From Marsupella aquatica (lineage: Eukaryota; Plantae; Marchantiophyta): a stretch of DNA of 64,000 bases. Where the stretch lies: positions 13,794,330-13,858,329 of the forward strand of contig OZ316898.1 of assembly GCA_973895155.1 (NCBI GenBank), written 5' to 3'. Shown here piece after piece: positions 1 to 13,456 of the stretch. The notes beneath the pieces were generated by a model. The model worked only from the letters and a program-made list of their open reading frames with translations. It had not been told where the DNA came from and made no database searches. A program made the position numbers and the translations under genes. Every line of letters begins with the position of its first letter. Positions within the stretch are counted from its first letter, which is position 1.

Positions 1-3000
1 ATTTTGAGTTAACAGGCCAGAAAGTGTTGTCCTTCTTGCGCAATGGCAGGCGATGGAGCTTTGCCGTCGAACGAGAATCACCAAAATTTGCTTGCAGCAG
101 GGTGCGCCCTTTGTATTTCTATGGCGCCTTGAGTAATTGGTCAGAATTAATCAATGTAGCTTTCCCTCCACTGATCCGCAATAACCGACAATTCACATCT
201 TTGGACAAAATTTCAGGTCGACATAATAAACCCTATGTGCAATCATCTTCAATCCACGAGCATTCGTCTAATGCCCCAAAGTGTCTCCTGATATTTGATT
301 TGAGACTAAATGAGTGAGCCAGAATCCAGATGTCACTGCCGCCTGCCAATGCTTTGTTGAGAGGAAGCTCGCTTTCCCAGCTTGCTTTTAAGACTAGTTA
401 CTTTTCCAGCTCAGTGGAGCTTTAGAAACTAGTTGACGATGATGGTCTTCAAAGACCTGTTCCAATCTACATCTTTGATCTTGTCATCCTTGTGCATTGT
501 TGATGCTAAAACTCCCTTTTCTTGCTCCCTTCCCCAACATTTTCTGTTCATGGTACTGTATGAAACTGACCCGGCCTGCCGCTTGCTGTTCATGCTTGCC
601 TAAAATGCCTCTCCAAGAGCCTCAAATAAATCACTCTGCTAAATCACCTCTACTCTGATCCCAACTGCGTTGTACTGCGCTGTACTGCGTGGTGACCTGA
701 TGTTCTTGTATGACAATGACTCATGATCTGACAAGCACTCCATAAGAACCTAGCTACGGTATGCAGTCGTAGGGGTCCTATTAAGTCCTAATGGCATCTT
801 GCAGTCCTGTTAAGTCCAGGAGATGCCAGAGGGGTCCTATTAACAAAGTCCTTCTTTGGACGGACTCACGAAGACCGACTGAATAGTTCTTGCCTTCATA
901 GTTTCTACTGCCTTGTCCCCCTTGGTTGGATTTCTATGCAATTCATGCAAATAAACCCTGGCTACCATACTGCCTCATTACTAGCTTCAATCCATTCAGT
1001 CAATGAATACACCAAATTTCAATAATTAGTGAAATCATTACCTAAACTAAAGCTCAACAAACACTAAAACTCATTAGTTGTTAAAGCTTGACCAAATGGA
1101 AAATTGCAACTCCAAATATGTCCCCCTCCTTGCCCACACCCAAACTTCCACCCATTTTTGCATCCCCCTAAGTATCCTATCTCACTTTAGTCTCTAGCTT
1201 TCATCTGTCTGGTTTGATGAGGGTCCATCATCACAAAGTTTAGGGACAGTAACTTCCTTCCTTTTTATTAGCAAATAGAACTAAACTATAGTACGTACCA
1301 TTGGTTTCAAGTGCACACTGTCAAATTTAACTATCAACATTGCATCTCATCGTCAATCTAAAAAATTTGATGTCATGCACCTTAGTATCCTTGTGACCAT
1401 TGTGCATTGTTGTCCATCACCTCACTGTTCGCCAATGATTGATCAAATGATTCAAGTATATTGCCCTTGATGGGAGCTATCAAGGTAGACGATGAAATCC
1501 ACATGAAAAATCTCATGATGACGGCACTAGTAAACATAATACTAACACAGTATTAGTGACAAAAATACTACTTTTGAATCTGGGGGCAACAATAAAAAGG
1601 GATGCCTTGCTGATCTGCTGGCCTCCTGACTGGCCTTCCACTCTGGGGGAAAACCAACAGGGTCTCAAGCAATTAATCTAACAGCTAGAGTTAGTCATTG
1701 TTATTTTTTAACTAACAAATAATATGAAGAAATGGTTTATTATGATTTGAAAAGTAAAAAAATGGTTACTATAGGGTACCAGTTTTGCTTCCTGTCGTTG
1801 TTTCTTAGCATGTCAATTTCCATTTTTCTTCATTTTTTACCAATCTTGGGTTTAACCACTTTTTGCTGGCATTGCAACAAACACAAACATACAGTTAAGT
1901 TATGTGTGTTTGTTTCCCCAAATATTGTCATTTGTATTTGTGGCAAAAATGGCTTATATGGCCCAGCCACAAACCAAGAATTTTGGAAAGAACTTGTCAT
2001 GGGGTTCCATAATAATGAGCAAGGGAAGGACACTAAGCAGGTTTCTAAAAATTGGTTAAATAGACATTTCAAATTGTGAATAATTGTGCAAACTAAGTTG
2101 CTTTCCCGGTTTTTAAAATCTTGTAGAAGTTGATGTTGGTTGTAACACAAAGTCTGACCATGCAACTCAACTCTACCTAGGCCCTTTGACCAAAAAGTAT
2201 CATTATACAGAGACCAATACTATTTGAAAATGGTCCATCTGACTGGGTTGCAGTGATGGATGGGAGTTGTGTCAAACAATGTGCTATTTGGGGTTTTTTT
2301 CCATATCATGATGAAATTACAAAATGTCTAGCATCAAAATGGATGCTCAGACGGATAGAGCACATGAGCCTCACTTCCCTCATGGACTGTACACACCTGA
2401 CACTAACTAAGGGAATATTGCAAAAGTGGTGTGACGCCTCATTTAGAGTGAGCATGGATTTACTTGCACTATGGTTGAAGTTCCCATCAATGGTAGAACA
2501 TCTTGATACCACGCTGCTAAAATTTCCACTCCTCTTCTGTAGTGAATATGGGCTTGGTTGTTGGGTTGTAAACTGTGTATGGCTGTACCAAAACTTCATG
2601 GTCATAGTCTTGACTTACCATGTTGCACTGATGGAGCTCACCATAACCCACAAAACTAAGACAGGACAGAGCTGAGCGCAGCTCACCCAAAAACTCATTC
2701 AAAAGCTCTGGGCAGCCTAAAAAACAGGGAGGTCAATGCTCCTCAACACAACCCACAAAAAACTCAGCAGAGCTCACCAAGAACTCAACAGAGGTAAAAT
2801 TATAATCTAGCTACTTAGGTCATTGCAAGGATTGATGTTCACCTCCACATTAGAGACTGAAAAATCTATGTTTCAACTTACTCACATGATTCTTAACAAC
2901 TGCTGACAATTCATGGGCTCATCAATACTCTTCAAGGATTTTCCAGCACCGTATTATACATGAAATTCCATTATGATTTGACTCACAAGGTCAAATTGAA

Positions 3001-3927
3001 ATTTTCTGTCGAGAAAACTTCGACAAAAAACTGTGTTTTTTTTAATTCACCGTAACTATGTTAAGTAACATCTAAGATCTTGAACTGCCAATATGGCTTA
3101 TTCTCCCACAAGGAAACTGATGCTCCAATGGACCAACATGATGGACCCTACTTTTATGAAAAATCTTATATTTCCAGCATTTTATAACTATGCAATCTCA
3201 ATTAGTTTGCACCTTTAGGGGAAAATGGAAGGAGAAGTTATTACAAAAATTTCACTTGAAATTACATTATCGTAATAAAATGAAATCTGAATCATCCACA
3301 TTTACCCCACATTCTAGCATGGGATAAGTAGAAATTTGACGAGGTCAGTTGTTCCACAGCTCCTCATGTTGTGTAATTCCAAAATTTTAATTAGATTCAA
3401 TCTTTGACTAATGAACTTATTGGAGTTTTCATGAAATGTGGTTTTGACATCAAGTTTGGTCAATGGGAATTTGACAATATTCATGCTGTATCTTTCTCAA
3501 GTCATGACGATAGTAACAATGAAAATTAAAATCTAAATTTCTTAGATAGCATTAAGGACCAAAATAAAACCTCTGAGCGGGAATCCATGTTCCTGCCCAT
3601 GTTCACGCACTGACAGCATAACATAGCTACTTAGAATGTTGCTTGAAATAAGGTAGAGAAGGAGCTCTACATGCAGACCAAATGGAACAAGGAATCCAAA
3701 TTAGTGAACTTTAACCTGGGCTTCTTTGGATTGGCTTGTGCTTTTGCAATGGGTGTGCCCCCCCTTATGGACCCCTGTGTTGCACCCTGCTTCTTCTCAA
3801 GGTATGTTCCCACTTTTTAAAAAAACATGACATTCTCCCCAAGCTATCTAGTGTCTATCTAGAGGCTTTGCCCACATTCACATTCCCAAGAATTGAATTT
3901 GTCTTCTCCCTGCCCACATGTCCATGA

Positions 3928-6276
3928 TTGAGTTCATCATCTTTCACCTATGCCTTCCTCCATGCCCCGCGTTGCGCTGCTGGTGGCCCCTCTGGCTATG
4001 TCTTTGAGCATTTTCAGGATTTATTCCCCCCTAAGAATCCTCAGTTTGGTTTTCCAGTTTTCTTCTCCTTTTGCCAGTGTATTGCAGCCGGTCGTTTGCC
4101 TCCTCCCGTCTCTCGGCTCTTGAGTGCTTCTCGTTTATTGGCCATGGCTAAGTTTTCACCGGGTGTTCGGCCAATTGCTATTGGGGAGGTTTTTCTTCGG
4201 CTTGTGTCTCGCACACTTTCCTCGCAATTTCGCTCTGCACTATCGGATCATCTCTCTCCACATCAGTTTGTAGTTGGCGTTCCTGACGTTGTGAGACAGT
4301 TATTGCGGGTATTCAAGCTACCTTGGACCTCCACCCTGATTGGGTTGTCCTCCAGGTTGATGTCTCTAACGCTTTTAATACGGTTTCTCGGGCAGCCATT
4401 TTTCGTGCTTTGAGGGCGACGGATCCAGACATCCAGTCCCTGATCCCCTTTGTCCGTTGTTTTTATGGACTCGAGGCCCCACTCTTCTATAGTCATCACT
4501 CCTCCACAAGTGTGTATACCACTCTTTCCTCTGCAAGAGGTACTCGTCAGGGTGACCCTTTGGGTGGGCCTCTTTTTGCCATTGCCCATTTTACAGCTTT
4601 ACGGGAAGCCGCCATGGCCCACCCCCAATGTATCTTCCCCCTCCCTTTCAGATGACACCCACATCATTGGTCCTCCTGCCGTGGTTACTTCTGCCCTCGC
4701 CACTCTTTCCACCCATTTGATGGGCCTCGGTTTACGAGTTCAGCCTGTGAAGAGTCGTGCATGGAGTCCAGCTGGGTTACCCTCTGATCTTGCGCTTCCC
4801 CTAGGGTTCTTACGTCCAGCCGATGGTCTTCGGGTCCTTGGCTCCCCAGTCGATACCGCCTCCTTTTGCTCCTCTTTCATCATTGACTCTCTACAGGCTG
4901 CCTTAGCCTCTACTCCTATGCTCCCTAAGTTAGCAGATTCTCAAGCAGCATTTGGGATGTTGTTAAGGTGCATCCACCCTCGTGCGTCTTATCTGGCTAA
5001 CGCATCCCCCTACCGAGGATCTTTGTCTCCACCTTCGAGCATTTGATGTCTCCATTCGTCAGACCCTGGCCTCTCTTTTGGGGCCGGGTACGTTGCTCTC
5101 ATCTCCGTGGCTTCATCGACAACTCAGTCTTCCTATTTCGCAGGGTGGTTTTGGGCTTACTTCCATTGAGAGCCTTGCACCTTTGGCCTTTTTGGGTGCG
5201 TGGGCGGCCGCCTTCTCATTGTTGGCCGATCGTTTTCTTATTGAGGATCGCCCTTTTTTACTTTCATCTCTCTTGGAGGTAGAGGAGGGTTTCAGGTTCA
5301 TTTGCGCGTAGCGCGGTCCTCATTACCAGATCCCGTTCACGCCGCGTTACCTTCTTTTCAGGAGTTTTTATCCTTGGATCCCGTTCGTCTTCAGGCAGAT
5401 CTTGCTGGGCGTATGCACGCTTTCACCCTTTCCAGCATCCTCTCCGAGGCACCTGACACGGACCGAGCTTGGATTATTTCTTCCGGAGGGAAGGGCGCAG
5501 GTGGATTGCTTCAGGCCAATCCAGTCATTCCTCATTTGCGGATGTCTTCAACGGAGTTCTCCACAGCCATGCGTCTTCGTATGGGGCTGCCCCACCCACT
5601 TCTTGCAGGTTTACCCCCTTCTTGCACTTGTGGGAAGCCTTGTGATGCCACAGGTGTCCATCTTCTTCGGTGCAGTTTGGGAGGTGAAACTATTATTGTT
5701 CACGACGTTGTGCGAGATGCGACTAGTCAGGTTCTCTCTGGCTCTTTGGTATGCGTGCGGCGGGAGGTGGTACTCGAGTTACCTGGTCCTCCATCACATC
5801 GGTTACAGGTGGATCTTACCATGGTCCGTGAGGGTCAACGTACATTGGCAGATGTAGTGGTGGCAAACCCATTGCGCCAAGACATCATTGGGACAGCGGC
5901 AACTACAGTAGGGGCAGCAGCGTCACGTGCGGCAACAACGAAGGAGGCCAAATATGCTGCACGAGCTTCATCCGACAACTTCCTCCCCCTTGCTCTGGAG
6001 CTATTTGCGCGTCTTCATCCTCAGTTTGATGGGCTTCTTCGGCAAGCTTCCCGGGATGTTCATGGCCGCATGGGTCCCACCGGACCCCCGCTTTCTATTT
6101 TGACCACGCACTTTTGCCAACGCATTTCAGTCACCTTGCAGCGTGCTCAAGCTCGGGCCATCTATCGTCGATCTCTTATAGTGGGTGCTAGTGTGCCTAC
6201 GCAGCGGCTAGCTCCCCTAGAGGATGTTCCAATCCCACTTGCCGATCTAGTTTTGACCCTTGATGTGGACCAGTAG
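3928..6276 (+). pseudogene. RT-RLE polyprotein ORF of the CRE-like element, broken by about 4 frameshifts (~4286, ~4640, ~5000, ~5295)
   Basis: ORF-track pieces 3928-4413, 4323-4655, 4450-5046, 4982-5311 and 5302-6276 join into one colinear RT-ZnF-RLE protein. Confidence 0.85.
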
Positions 6277-6507
6277 CCTTTTGCCATATTCGCTAGGAAT
6301 GATGAGGACCTCAGTCCGCTTGGGTTAGTTTTAGTCTCTCTTTCTTGGTTTTTAGGGGTTCCCTATTGCTCATTTCTTACTTTTAGTTCCTCTTTCTTGG
6401 TGTTTAGTGGTTCCCTTTTGCTCACTTCTTTTTCGATTGGTTTTGTCCACTTGGGCCCTCTTTTGTTTGTTCATTTGTACTCTGATTGGTCCCTTTGTAT
6501 ATAAAAA
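3928..6507 (+). mobile_element. 5'-truncated CRE-clade-like non-LTR retrotransposon (RT + CCHC + restriction-like endonuclease), decayed
   Basis: RT motifs RPIAIGE, QFVVGVP, VLQVDVSNAFNTVSR, GTRQGDPLG, SLSDDTH and thumb SLPISQGGFGL. C-terminus CTCG..HLLRC..HDVVRD, VD..ADVVVANP, KEAKY, FLPLALELF, QRISVTLQRAQA. Pyrimidine-rich 3' UTR 6277-6500 ends in a short A tract. No TSD identified; the 5' boundary is approximate. Confidence 0.85.
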
Positions 6508-6820
6508 GTGTGTATATTTGTATCTTTGAGGTGCAATCCTTCAGAATATCAGACTTTATTGCTGTGATGAAGATTCAAAATCAATGGCTAATATCATGCC
6601 TAATGTTAAAAGAGCAGCATGTATTCAGTAAGAACTAGTATGGAGGCACATAAAATTTGGGCACGTCGGCAGGAGTCTAAAATTTCCTGGGGTATTCCAT
6701 TGGTCCACAAGAGAATCGTTGGTCCCAACAATGTACTTTCTGTACTGACATAAGCAAGATACTCTTCTTGCAAGAACTATACATGTGAGTTAGCTATTAC
6801 TTGGCCCCTCCCAGTTTGGT

Positions 6821-6966
6821 TAGGGCGTGTTAAAGTTCAGCCATAAGAAAAGTCTTATGGCTGGAAATATTGGGACATAAGATGCTTAGAGACTTATGTA
6901 CTAGCCATAAAAGAGTTTTATGTCCTTGCCTGTACCTTCTTTATGGGGCTGTTATGACACACCCTA
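6821..6966. mobile_element. Possible small MITE remnant
   Basis: Imperfect terminal inverted repeats TAGGGCGTGT...ACACACCCTA and a perfect internal 11-bp hairpin CAGCCATAAGA/TCTTATGGCTG (6838-6863). No clean TSD. Confidence 0.3.
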
Positions 6967-7443
6967 TTATCCCCTACTTGTGTTTGCTGCAGTGGCCTGT
7001 AGTACATTTGGCCATACCCCTACAAACATAAAAAAAAGACAAGAAAGGGGGACTCAAACAAGTGACTTCCCTAACCTCGCCCCTAACAAAATTAAAAAAG
7101 AAAAGAAAAGAGAACTCTTAGAGGAACAGGAGGAAATGATATTTAAATACATTGCCACTCCTTTTAGTCTAATCACATGGTTCGTCACTCATTTTTTTTG
7201 GTTTAATTAGTACATTGACACCTTTTTCCACCACAGGTCAAGAAAAGTAACTCTGGTTAGTTTGGAATCATGATCAATTCCTGCCAGTTTTCATTGTTGG
7301 ACAGTTGTCATCATCCTTAGCTTAACCATAACACCCTCGCCCATCCCCAACCAGGGCGGATGGGGAGTGGGCAGCCAACCAAGAGGGGGCAGAGCAGGTT
7401 GGGGGGGGGAAGGGGATTAAAGCAAGAGACCTAACCCAATATA

Positions 7444-7751
7444 TGTGGGGAGAAATCAGATCAAGAAAAACACTCCAAACATACACGTGCTCAATAGTTA
7501 CGTGGTTCGCCTCAAGGTTGGCTACGTCCACGGGAAGACCGAGCTTTATTAACGGTTATGTGTCTACTCAAGCATCACCATAGCTCTCATCTCTTGCTAT
7601 ATCACTGTGTTCTCTCTTGAGAACTATCTTGTGTGTTCTCACACCACATACAAGTTGAAGAGATAAGGACCAATCTCTTCAACTAGGGTTTACTCTAATC
7701 CTAGTTAACATACTAACCATAGTTCAACCCAAGACTGAGTTAACCTCTACA
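7444..7751 (-). repeat. 3' LTR of the copia element
   Basis: Matches 13149-13456 with 4 transitions in 308 bp; adjacent to the PPT. Confidence 0.97.
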
Positions 7752-7753
7752 AA

Positions 7754-7762
7754 CTCCCCCTT
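7754..7762 (-). promoter_or_regulatory. Polypurine tract
   Basis: Minus-strand AAGGGGGAG, 2 nt upstream of the 3' LTR. Confidence 0.9.
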
Positions 7763-7943
7763 GACTCACGTCTTGGGAGGGTTCATAACATTGTCTTTTC
7801 CGCACAAGTTTCTCCGCGGGAAGTTCAAGACAGTAGGGCCAAAAGACCCTCCCCCTAATGCAAGGGTTAACTAGAACTAAGCCATAGCCGATAAGCCATC
7901 GGATGGAGTATTCATATAGAGATATTTTCTTGGTTAACTCTAT

Positions 7944-10900
7944 TTACAATATTTGTAAATAATTACAATGCCTTGAAAAACTATTGGAGTCTAATACTTT
8001 GGTAAAAGCATCCGTTGGATTAAGCTTTCTATCAATCTTGACAAGCTCAAATTCATCATCCGATAATGCCTGTCGGATGAAATGATAGCGGACATCAATG
8101 TGCTTTACCCTGCCATCCATCACCTGATTCTTGGCAGTGTAAATTGCACTTTGACTGTCACAATGAAGATACACAGAATCTTGTGATAAGCCCATCTCTT
8201 TGATAAGCTTTTTCAACCAAATGGTCTCTGATGCTGTTTCTGCTGCCGCTACATACTCGGCATCCATAGTAGACTTTGCAACACACTTTTAGAGAGTAGA
8301 CTTCCAACTAATGCATCCACCAGCAAGTGTAAATACATATCCAGTTGTTGATCTCCTCTTATCCAGATCACCTGCGTAGTCTGCATCCACATAACCTTGA
8401 AGCACTTTCATATTGTTTGAACTTGTATCAAACAATAAACCCTTCTTAGTGGAACCTCTAATGTAGCGCAAAATCCATTTCACTGCTTCCCAATGGACTT
8501 TTCCTGGATTTGCCATGTATCTGCTTACCTTGCTAACGGCATAAGCTATGTCTGGTCGGGTGCATACCATGAGATACATTAAACTGCCCACAGCACTTTC
8601 ATAAGGAACTTTGGACATCAAACTTTTTTCTGTTGCATCCGATGGACAAAATGTTGCAGAAATATTGAAATGCCTTGCCAAAGGAACACTCACAGCCTTA
8701 GCATCTGCCATGTTGAATTTTGAGAGCACCTTCTCTGCATATCTTTTTTGCGTCAGCCAAAGTTTGGCTTTGTTCACATCCCTGACAATCTCCATGCCTA
8801 GGATCCTCTTGGCTGTGCCCAAGTCCTTCATCTTAAACTCAGAATTGAGTTGGGCCTTAAGCTTATCAACTTCACCCCTATCCTTTGCTGCAATGAGCAT
8901 GTCATCCACATAAAGTACAAGGATGACAAACTTAAAACCTATGTTGTTCACACGCCTGATGTAAACACATGGATCGTACACGCTTCGCAAAAATCCAAGC
9001 AATTTCAAAAATTCATCAAAACGCTTGTTCCATTGCCTTGGGCTCTGCTTTAATCCATACAAGGATTTTAGCAATCTGCATACCAAATTTTCCTTGCCCT
9101 TTTGTACAAAACCCTCTGGTTGCCTCATGTAAATCACCTCATCCAACGATCCATATAAGAATGCCGTGACAACATCCATTTGATCTAAAACTAGATCAAA
9201 TAAAACTACAAGAGCACATAGCAAACGTATTGTTGAATACTTTGCTACGGGTGAAAAAACCTCATTGTAGTCTATACCTTTCTGTTGAGTAAAACCCTTG
9301 GCTACCAACCGAGCCTTAAATATCTTCTCAGCATCCTCCGTGGGTCCATCTTTATTTCTATACACCCACTTGTTGTCAACAGCCTGCTTGTCACTAGGTA
9401 GACTTGTGAGTTCCCAAGTCTTGTTATCATGAAGTGATTTCATTTCCATGCGCATCGCCGCCTGCCATTGTTGCTTCTCCATAGAAGCTAGGACCTCTCG
9501 AAATGAGGATGGATCTCCATCTTCTGTCACCAATGCATCAATAGATTCTTCATCCAAATCCACTTGATCAGAAGGAAGCCAAGTTCCATACCTTTCTCAG
9601 GCTTGACGTTTGTGAGTTCCTCTTCGCACTGAAGACTCTGGCTGATCTGATTGTAGTGTGCTTTGCCTTACAGTGGTGTCAACATATTCTTCATCTGACA
9701 CATCCTTTCCCCTTAAATCCTCTAGAGGAGGAGATTGCTCTTTGTTAGTAGTAGGGAATTGATCTATCTCCCCCTCCTTCAATGATTTTTCTTGATTGAA
9801 GGATACATCCTGACTAACAAGTAACTTGCAATCAACTGGATCCCACAACCGATAACCTTTAATTTCACGCTGATAACCAAGAAAAATGCATTTCTGGGCT
9901 CTAGGATCTAGCTTAGTCCTATTGTTGCTAGGAACATGTGCATATGCTTCACAGCCAAAAACCCTAAGCTTTGAATAATTAGCAGGTCGATTGTGCCATA
10001 ACTCAAAGGGGGTTTTGTAAGTAATTGCTTGACTAGGAGAGAGATTTACTAGATAAGCAGCAATGTTCACAGCTTTCGCCCAAAAGATTTGTGGCAATTT
10101 AGAGTGGCTCAACATGCTCCTTGCTCGCTCCAACAATGTACGGTTGAGTCGCTCAACAACACCATTTTTCTCAGGAGTGTACACAGTTGTGAGATGGTGA
10201 GTAATTCCCTTATTTGCACAATATGTGTTGAACTCGCCAGAGGTGTATTCACCACCATTATCTGATCGTAGATATCTCACATTCTTTGCAGTCTGTGTCT
10301 CAACTTGAGCTACCCATTGTTTGAAGATGGAAAGCACTTCAAACTTATGGGCAATGAAATAAATCCAAACAAACCTTGAGTAATCATCGATAAATGATAC
10401 ATAGTATTGTTTGCCTGGATGTGAGGAAACCGGAGCAGGACCCCACACATCGAAATGAATATACTCAAGTACAACTTTAGAATGATGAATGGCAGTCGGA
10501 AATGGAGTTCTTGTTTTCTTGCCGACAATGCAATGATCACAAAAACTCAACTTGCATGCTTGCAATCTTGGTAGGAGATGTCGCTTGTGTAGGATTTCCA
10601 AACTTTTTTCACTCATGTGACCAAGCCGAGCATGCCATAAATTGATTTTCTCCTCCTGAGATGTGACCAAATTGACTTCGGCAAGAAGTATGGTGCCTTC
10701 CAAGACATAGATGTTTCTTTTCCTCTTGCCAATAAGAACTTCAGTTGATCCATGCGTGACTGTTAACACCCCATCAGTTGCACTCCATTGATAACCCTTC
10801 GCATCCAAGTAGCCAAGAAATATCAAATTCTTACACATTTCTGGAATGTGTCTGACATTTGATAGAGTACAGTACTTGCCACCGGGTAGTTGAATCTTTA

Positions 10901-11977
10901 CGGATCCAATCCCTAAAATTTTGCAAGAATGATTATTTCCCATCAAAACAGATCCGTTGATAGGAGTGTAGGATGAGAAAAGTTCACGCATATAGCACAT
11001 GTGATACGAGCAAGCGGAATCCAAGATCCATTGACAATCCTCAACTTGGGAAGTGGTACACAATGCAAATCCTTCACTATCCTCTTCTCGAACAACTACT
11101 TGGGCTGAAGAACCGGCAACTTCCTTGAATGTGTCTTTGATGCGATAATCCTTCTTCATGTGGCCCACTTTGTCACACTTCCAACACTTTATCTCACGAG
11201 TAGACTTGGATGGTGATTTGGATCGAGATCTAGATCTGGATCTAAACCTCCTCCTACCAAAAGATCGATCGTGGAACCTTCCTCGCTCCATGGAAGTGGG
11301 TTAAACCTTTTGTTTTCATGAGATGGATCCCTTGATTTGCCTCTTTCTACCAATAGTGCTGTTGATGATGAGGTTGAGGTAGGATGAGCTGAAGAAACCA
11401 GCTTAGATTGTATATCATCGGTCAATAGGACACTCACCACATCATTGTAGGATATAGTTGTCTTATCACGGAATAGAAGAACTCGAGACAAAGATTGGTA
11501 CGAAGGTGGTAGTGAGCTCAAGAGTTGTAAAGCTTTCTTTTCTTCGCTCAAATGCTCCCCCAAATTCTCTAGGTCAACCACAAGATCATTGAATTGATCG
11601 ATATGATCTTGAATCTTGACTCCATTAGCCATTTTGAATTGCATGAGCTTCAGACTTGCATACATTCGGTTTGACATCTCCTTCTTGTAGTAATTGTTAC
11701 GCAATGCTTGAAACAAGTCCATCACCGTTTGTGTTGCTTTTTCCTCGAACTGCTTCTTCACATTGTTTTTCAGGTACATGCCAACAATACTTATCGCTTG
11801 ATCCTGGAGATCATGCCAATCATCATCTTCCATCTCCTTGGGTTGAGATCTTAGTACCTTGCCTAGGCCCATCGCCCTAAGTGCATCCCTCACGTTACGT
11901 TCCCACATTGTATAGTCCATCCGACCATCAAATTTTTCCACCTCAAACCTTTGACCTCCAATCCTAATAGTCACCAT
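7944..11977 (-). pseudogene. Copia gag-pol polyprotein with 1 frameshift (~11295) and 2 in-frame stops (9597-9599, 8289-8291)
   Basis: Gag FEVEKFDG, zinc knuckle CWKCDKVGHMKKDY, protease WILDSAC, GAG-pre-integrase LWHARLGH, integrase RSDNGGEY, RT KARLVAKG/YVDDML, RNase H DADYAG/KHIDVRYHF. Confidence 0.95.
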
Positions 11978-13132
11978 CGCTGGAATGCCAAATGTAGTGT
12001 GGAGTCGCCTTCCGACAAGAAATAAACGTCGAATGCTCAGATGTGGGGTGTGAAAATAAGGCCAAAATTGAAACTTGGTGAATTTTGAAACTGATCACTC
12101 CTATGTGTAGCCCACAAGGTAACGCTCCGAATTCTGAAAACGGTTTGTCAAATGGACTCTCGAGTGCCGAGAATTTTTACTCCGACCGAAGGGGGGTAAA
12201 AGATGAAATAATTACCCCTCGAGGGAATCTCTTATGCCAAAGATTCCACTAGTATACTTTTTCAGAATTGAACGCACCAATACTTGCCTAGCTTCCCCAA
12301 GTACGCCTCTCCAAAAGTTGAAGTTGATCCGATTTTATTTGCCACTCGGAATCTTTGACCTTCGGTAAAAATTTAAGCCTTTGGAAAAGAATCTTTTCGG
12401 GAAATTCCGTCCGCCCTTGTACACCCCCTTTGGGGGACTTCACAGGGGGCACTTCCCCCTGCCCGAGCCCTGTCGAGCCCTAAAAGGCCTCCTCGAAGTT
12501 TTCGATCTCCTCACGCGTCCGCGGAAGTCGCGACTACTCGCGGCAGAAAGTACCCCTCGGCGGATTCACTCAAATTCCCGTCTCAGTTTTTGACGAAATC
12601 CAATTCTGATTTCAGATTCAGAAACTAGACTTCGAGGGCATCAAGATTGATATAAAGAACTCGCAAAACGGTGGAGTAATGAGGGAGAAACAATTCGGTG
12701 AAAGTGACTGATATTAAGTTATCCGCCATAGCCAAAATTTCGAGCTCAAAAAAACGAGAATTGAAATTAAGATTGCTTCTCAACCGTTTGACGGAATTCA
12801 ACGATGTTGATATCGAAACGTCTAGAAAGACAAGGCGCTCAAGCGTATCTTAGTTTCAAGTCCCGATAGAACAATCAAAAAGACTGATCTGAGAAATTGA
12901 CCTTATCTCTTGCCCGATAACGTAAATTGAAAACCGCCACTTACAATTGTTTCTGTTTCTGACCTCAGGCCTTCATTACTTCACTGAAATGAGCCCCTGG
13001 TTGTGTGCTCCACACTTGTGAGAAGATTGAGTCCGATCTTCTTTCAATAGCTCCGCTTCGAAGAGGAAATCATCCGTTGTTCACTTTGCTTGAAGCAAGT
13101 TCTATGGAGTTCCTAATCGACTGAAAAAACCT

Positions 13133-13146
13133 GAGCTCTGATACCA
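13133..13146 (-). promoter_or_regulatory. Primer binding site, initiator tRNA-Met
   Basis: Minus-strand TGGTATCAGAGC, 2 nt after the 5' LTR. Confidence 0.95.
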
Positions 13147-13148
13147 AT

Positions 13149-13456
13149 TGTGGGGAGAAATCAGATCAGGAAAAACACTCCAAACATACACGTGCTCAAT
13201 AGTTACGTGGTTCGCCTCAAGGTTGGCTACGTCCACGGGAAGACCAAGCTTTATTAACGGTTATGTGTCTACTCAAGCATCACCATAGCTCTCATCTCTT
13301 GCTATATCACTGTGTTCTCTCTTGAGAACTATCTTGTGTGTTCTCACACCACACACAAGTTGAAGAGATAAGGACCAATCTCTTCAACTAGGGTTTACTC
13401 TAATCCTAGTTAACATACTAACCATAGTTTAACCCAAGACTGAGTTAACCTCTACA
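13149..13456 (-). repeat. 5' LTR of the copia element
   Basis: TG...CA direct repeat of 7444-7751, followed by the PBS. Confidence 0.97.

Larger units (their letters stand above)
7444..13456 (-). mobile_element. Full-length Ty1/copia LTR retrotransposon (Tork/Tnt1-like), coding region disabled
   Basis: Two 308-bp TG...CA LTRs, 5-bp TSD ATATA (7439-7443 and 13457-13461), iMet PBS, PPT, domain order gag-PR-IN-RT-RH on the minus strand. Confidence 0.97.

Noticed and set aside
60-850. Possible decayed hAT-type transposase N-terminus on the minus strand, with short repeats at 760-845
   Set aside because: Only scraps (SWIEDD..GLLC, RRH) among many stops; too weak to call without a search.
1732-2702. 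Overlapping 100-140-aa ORFs
   Set aside because: No recognisable motif or splice-consistent model; probably decayed TE sequence.
11280-11320. Programmed ribosomal frameshift in copia gag
   Set aside because: No canonical slippery heptamer; the shift precedes the zinc knuckle and is explained by a 1-nt deletion in a C run.
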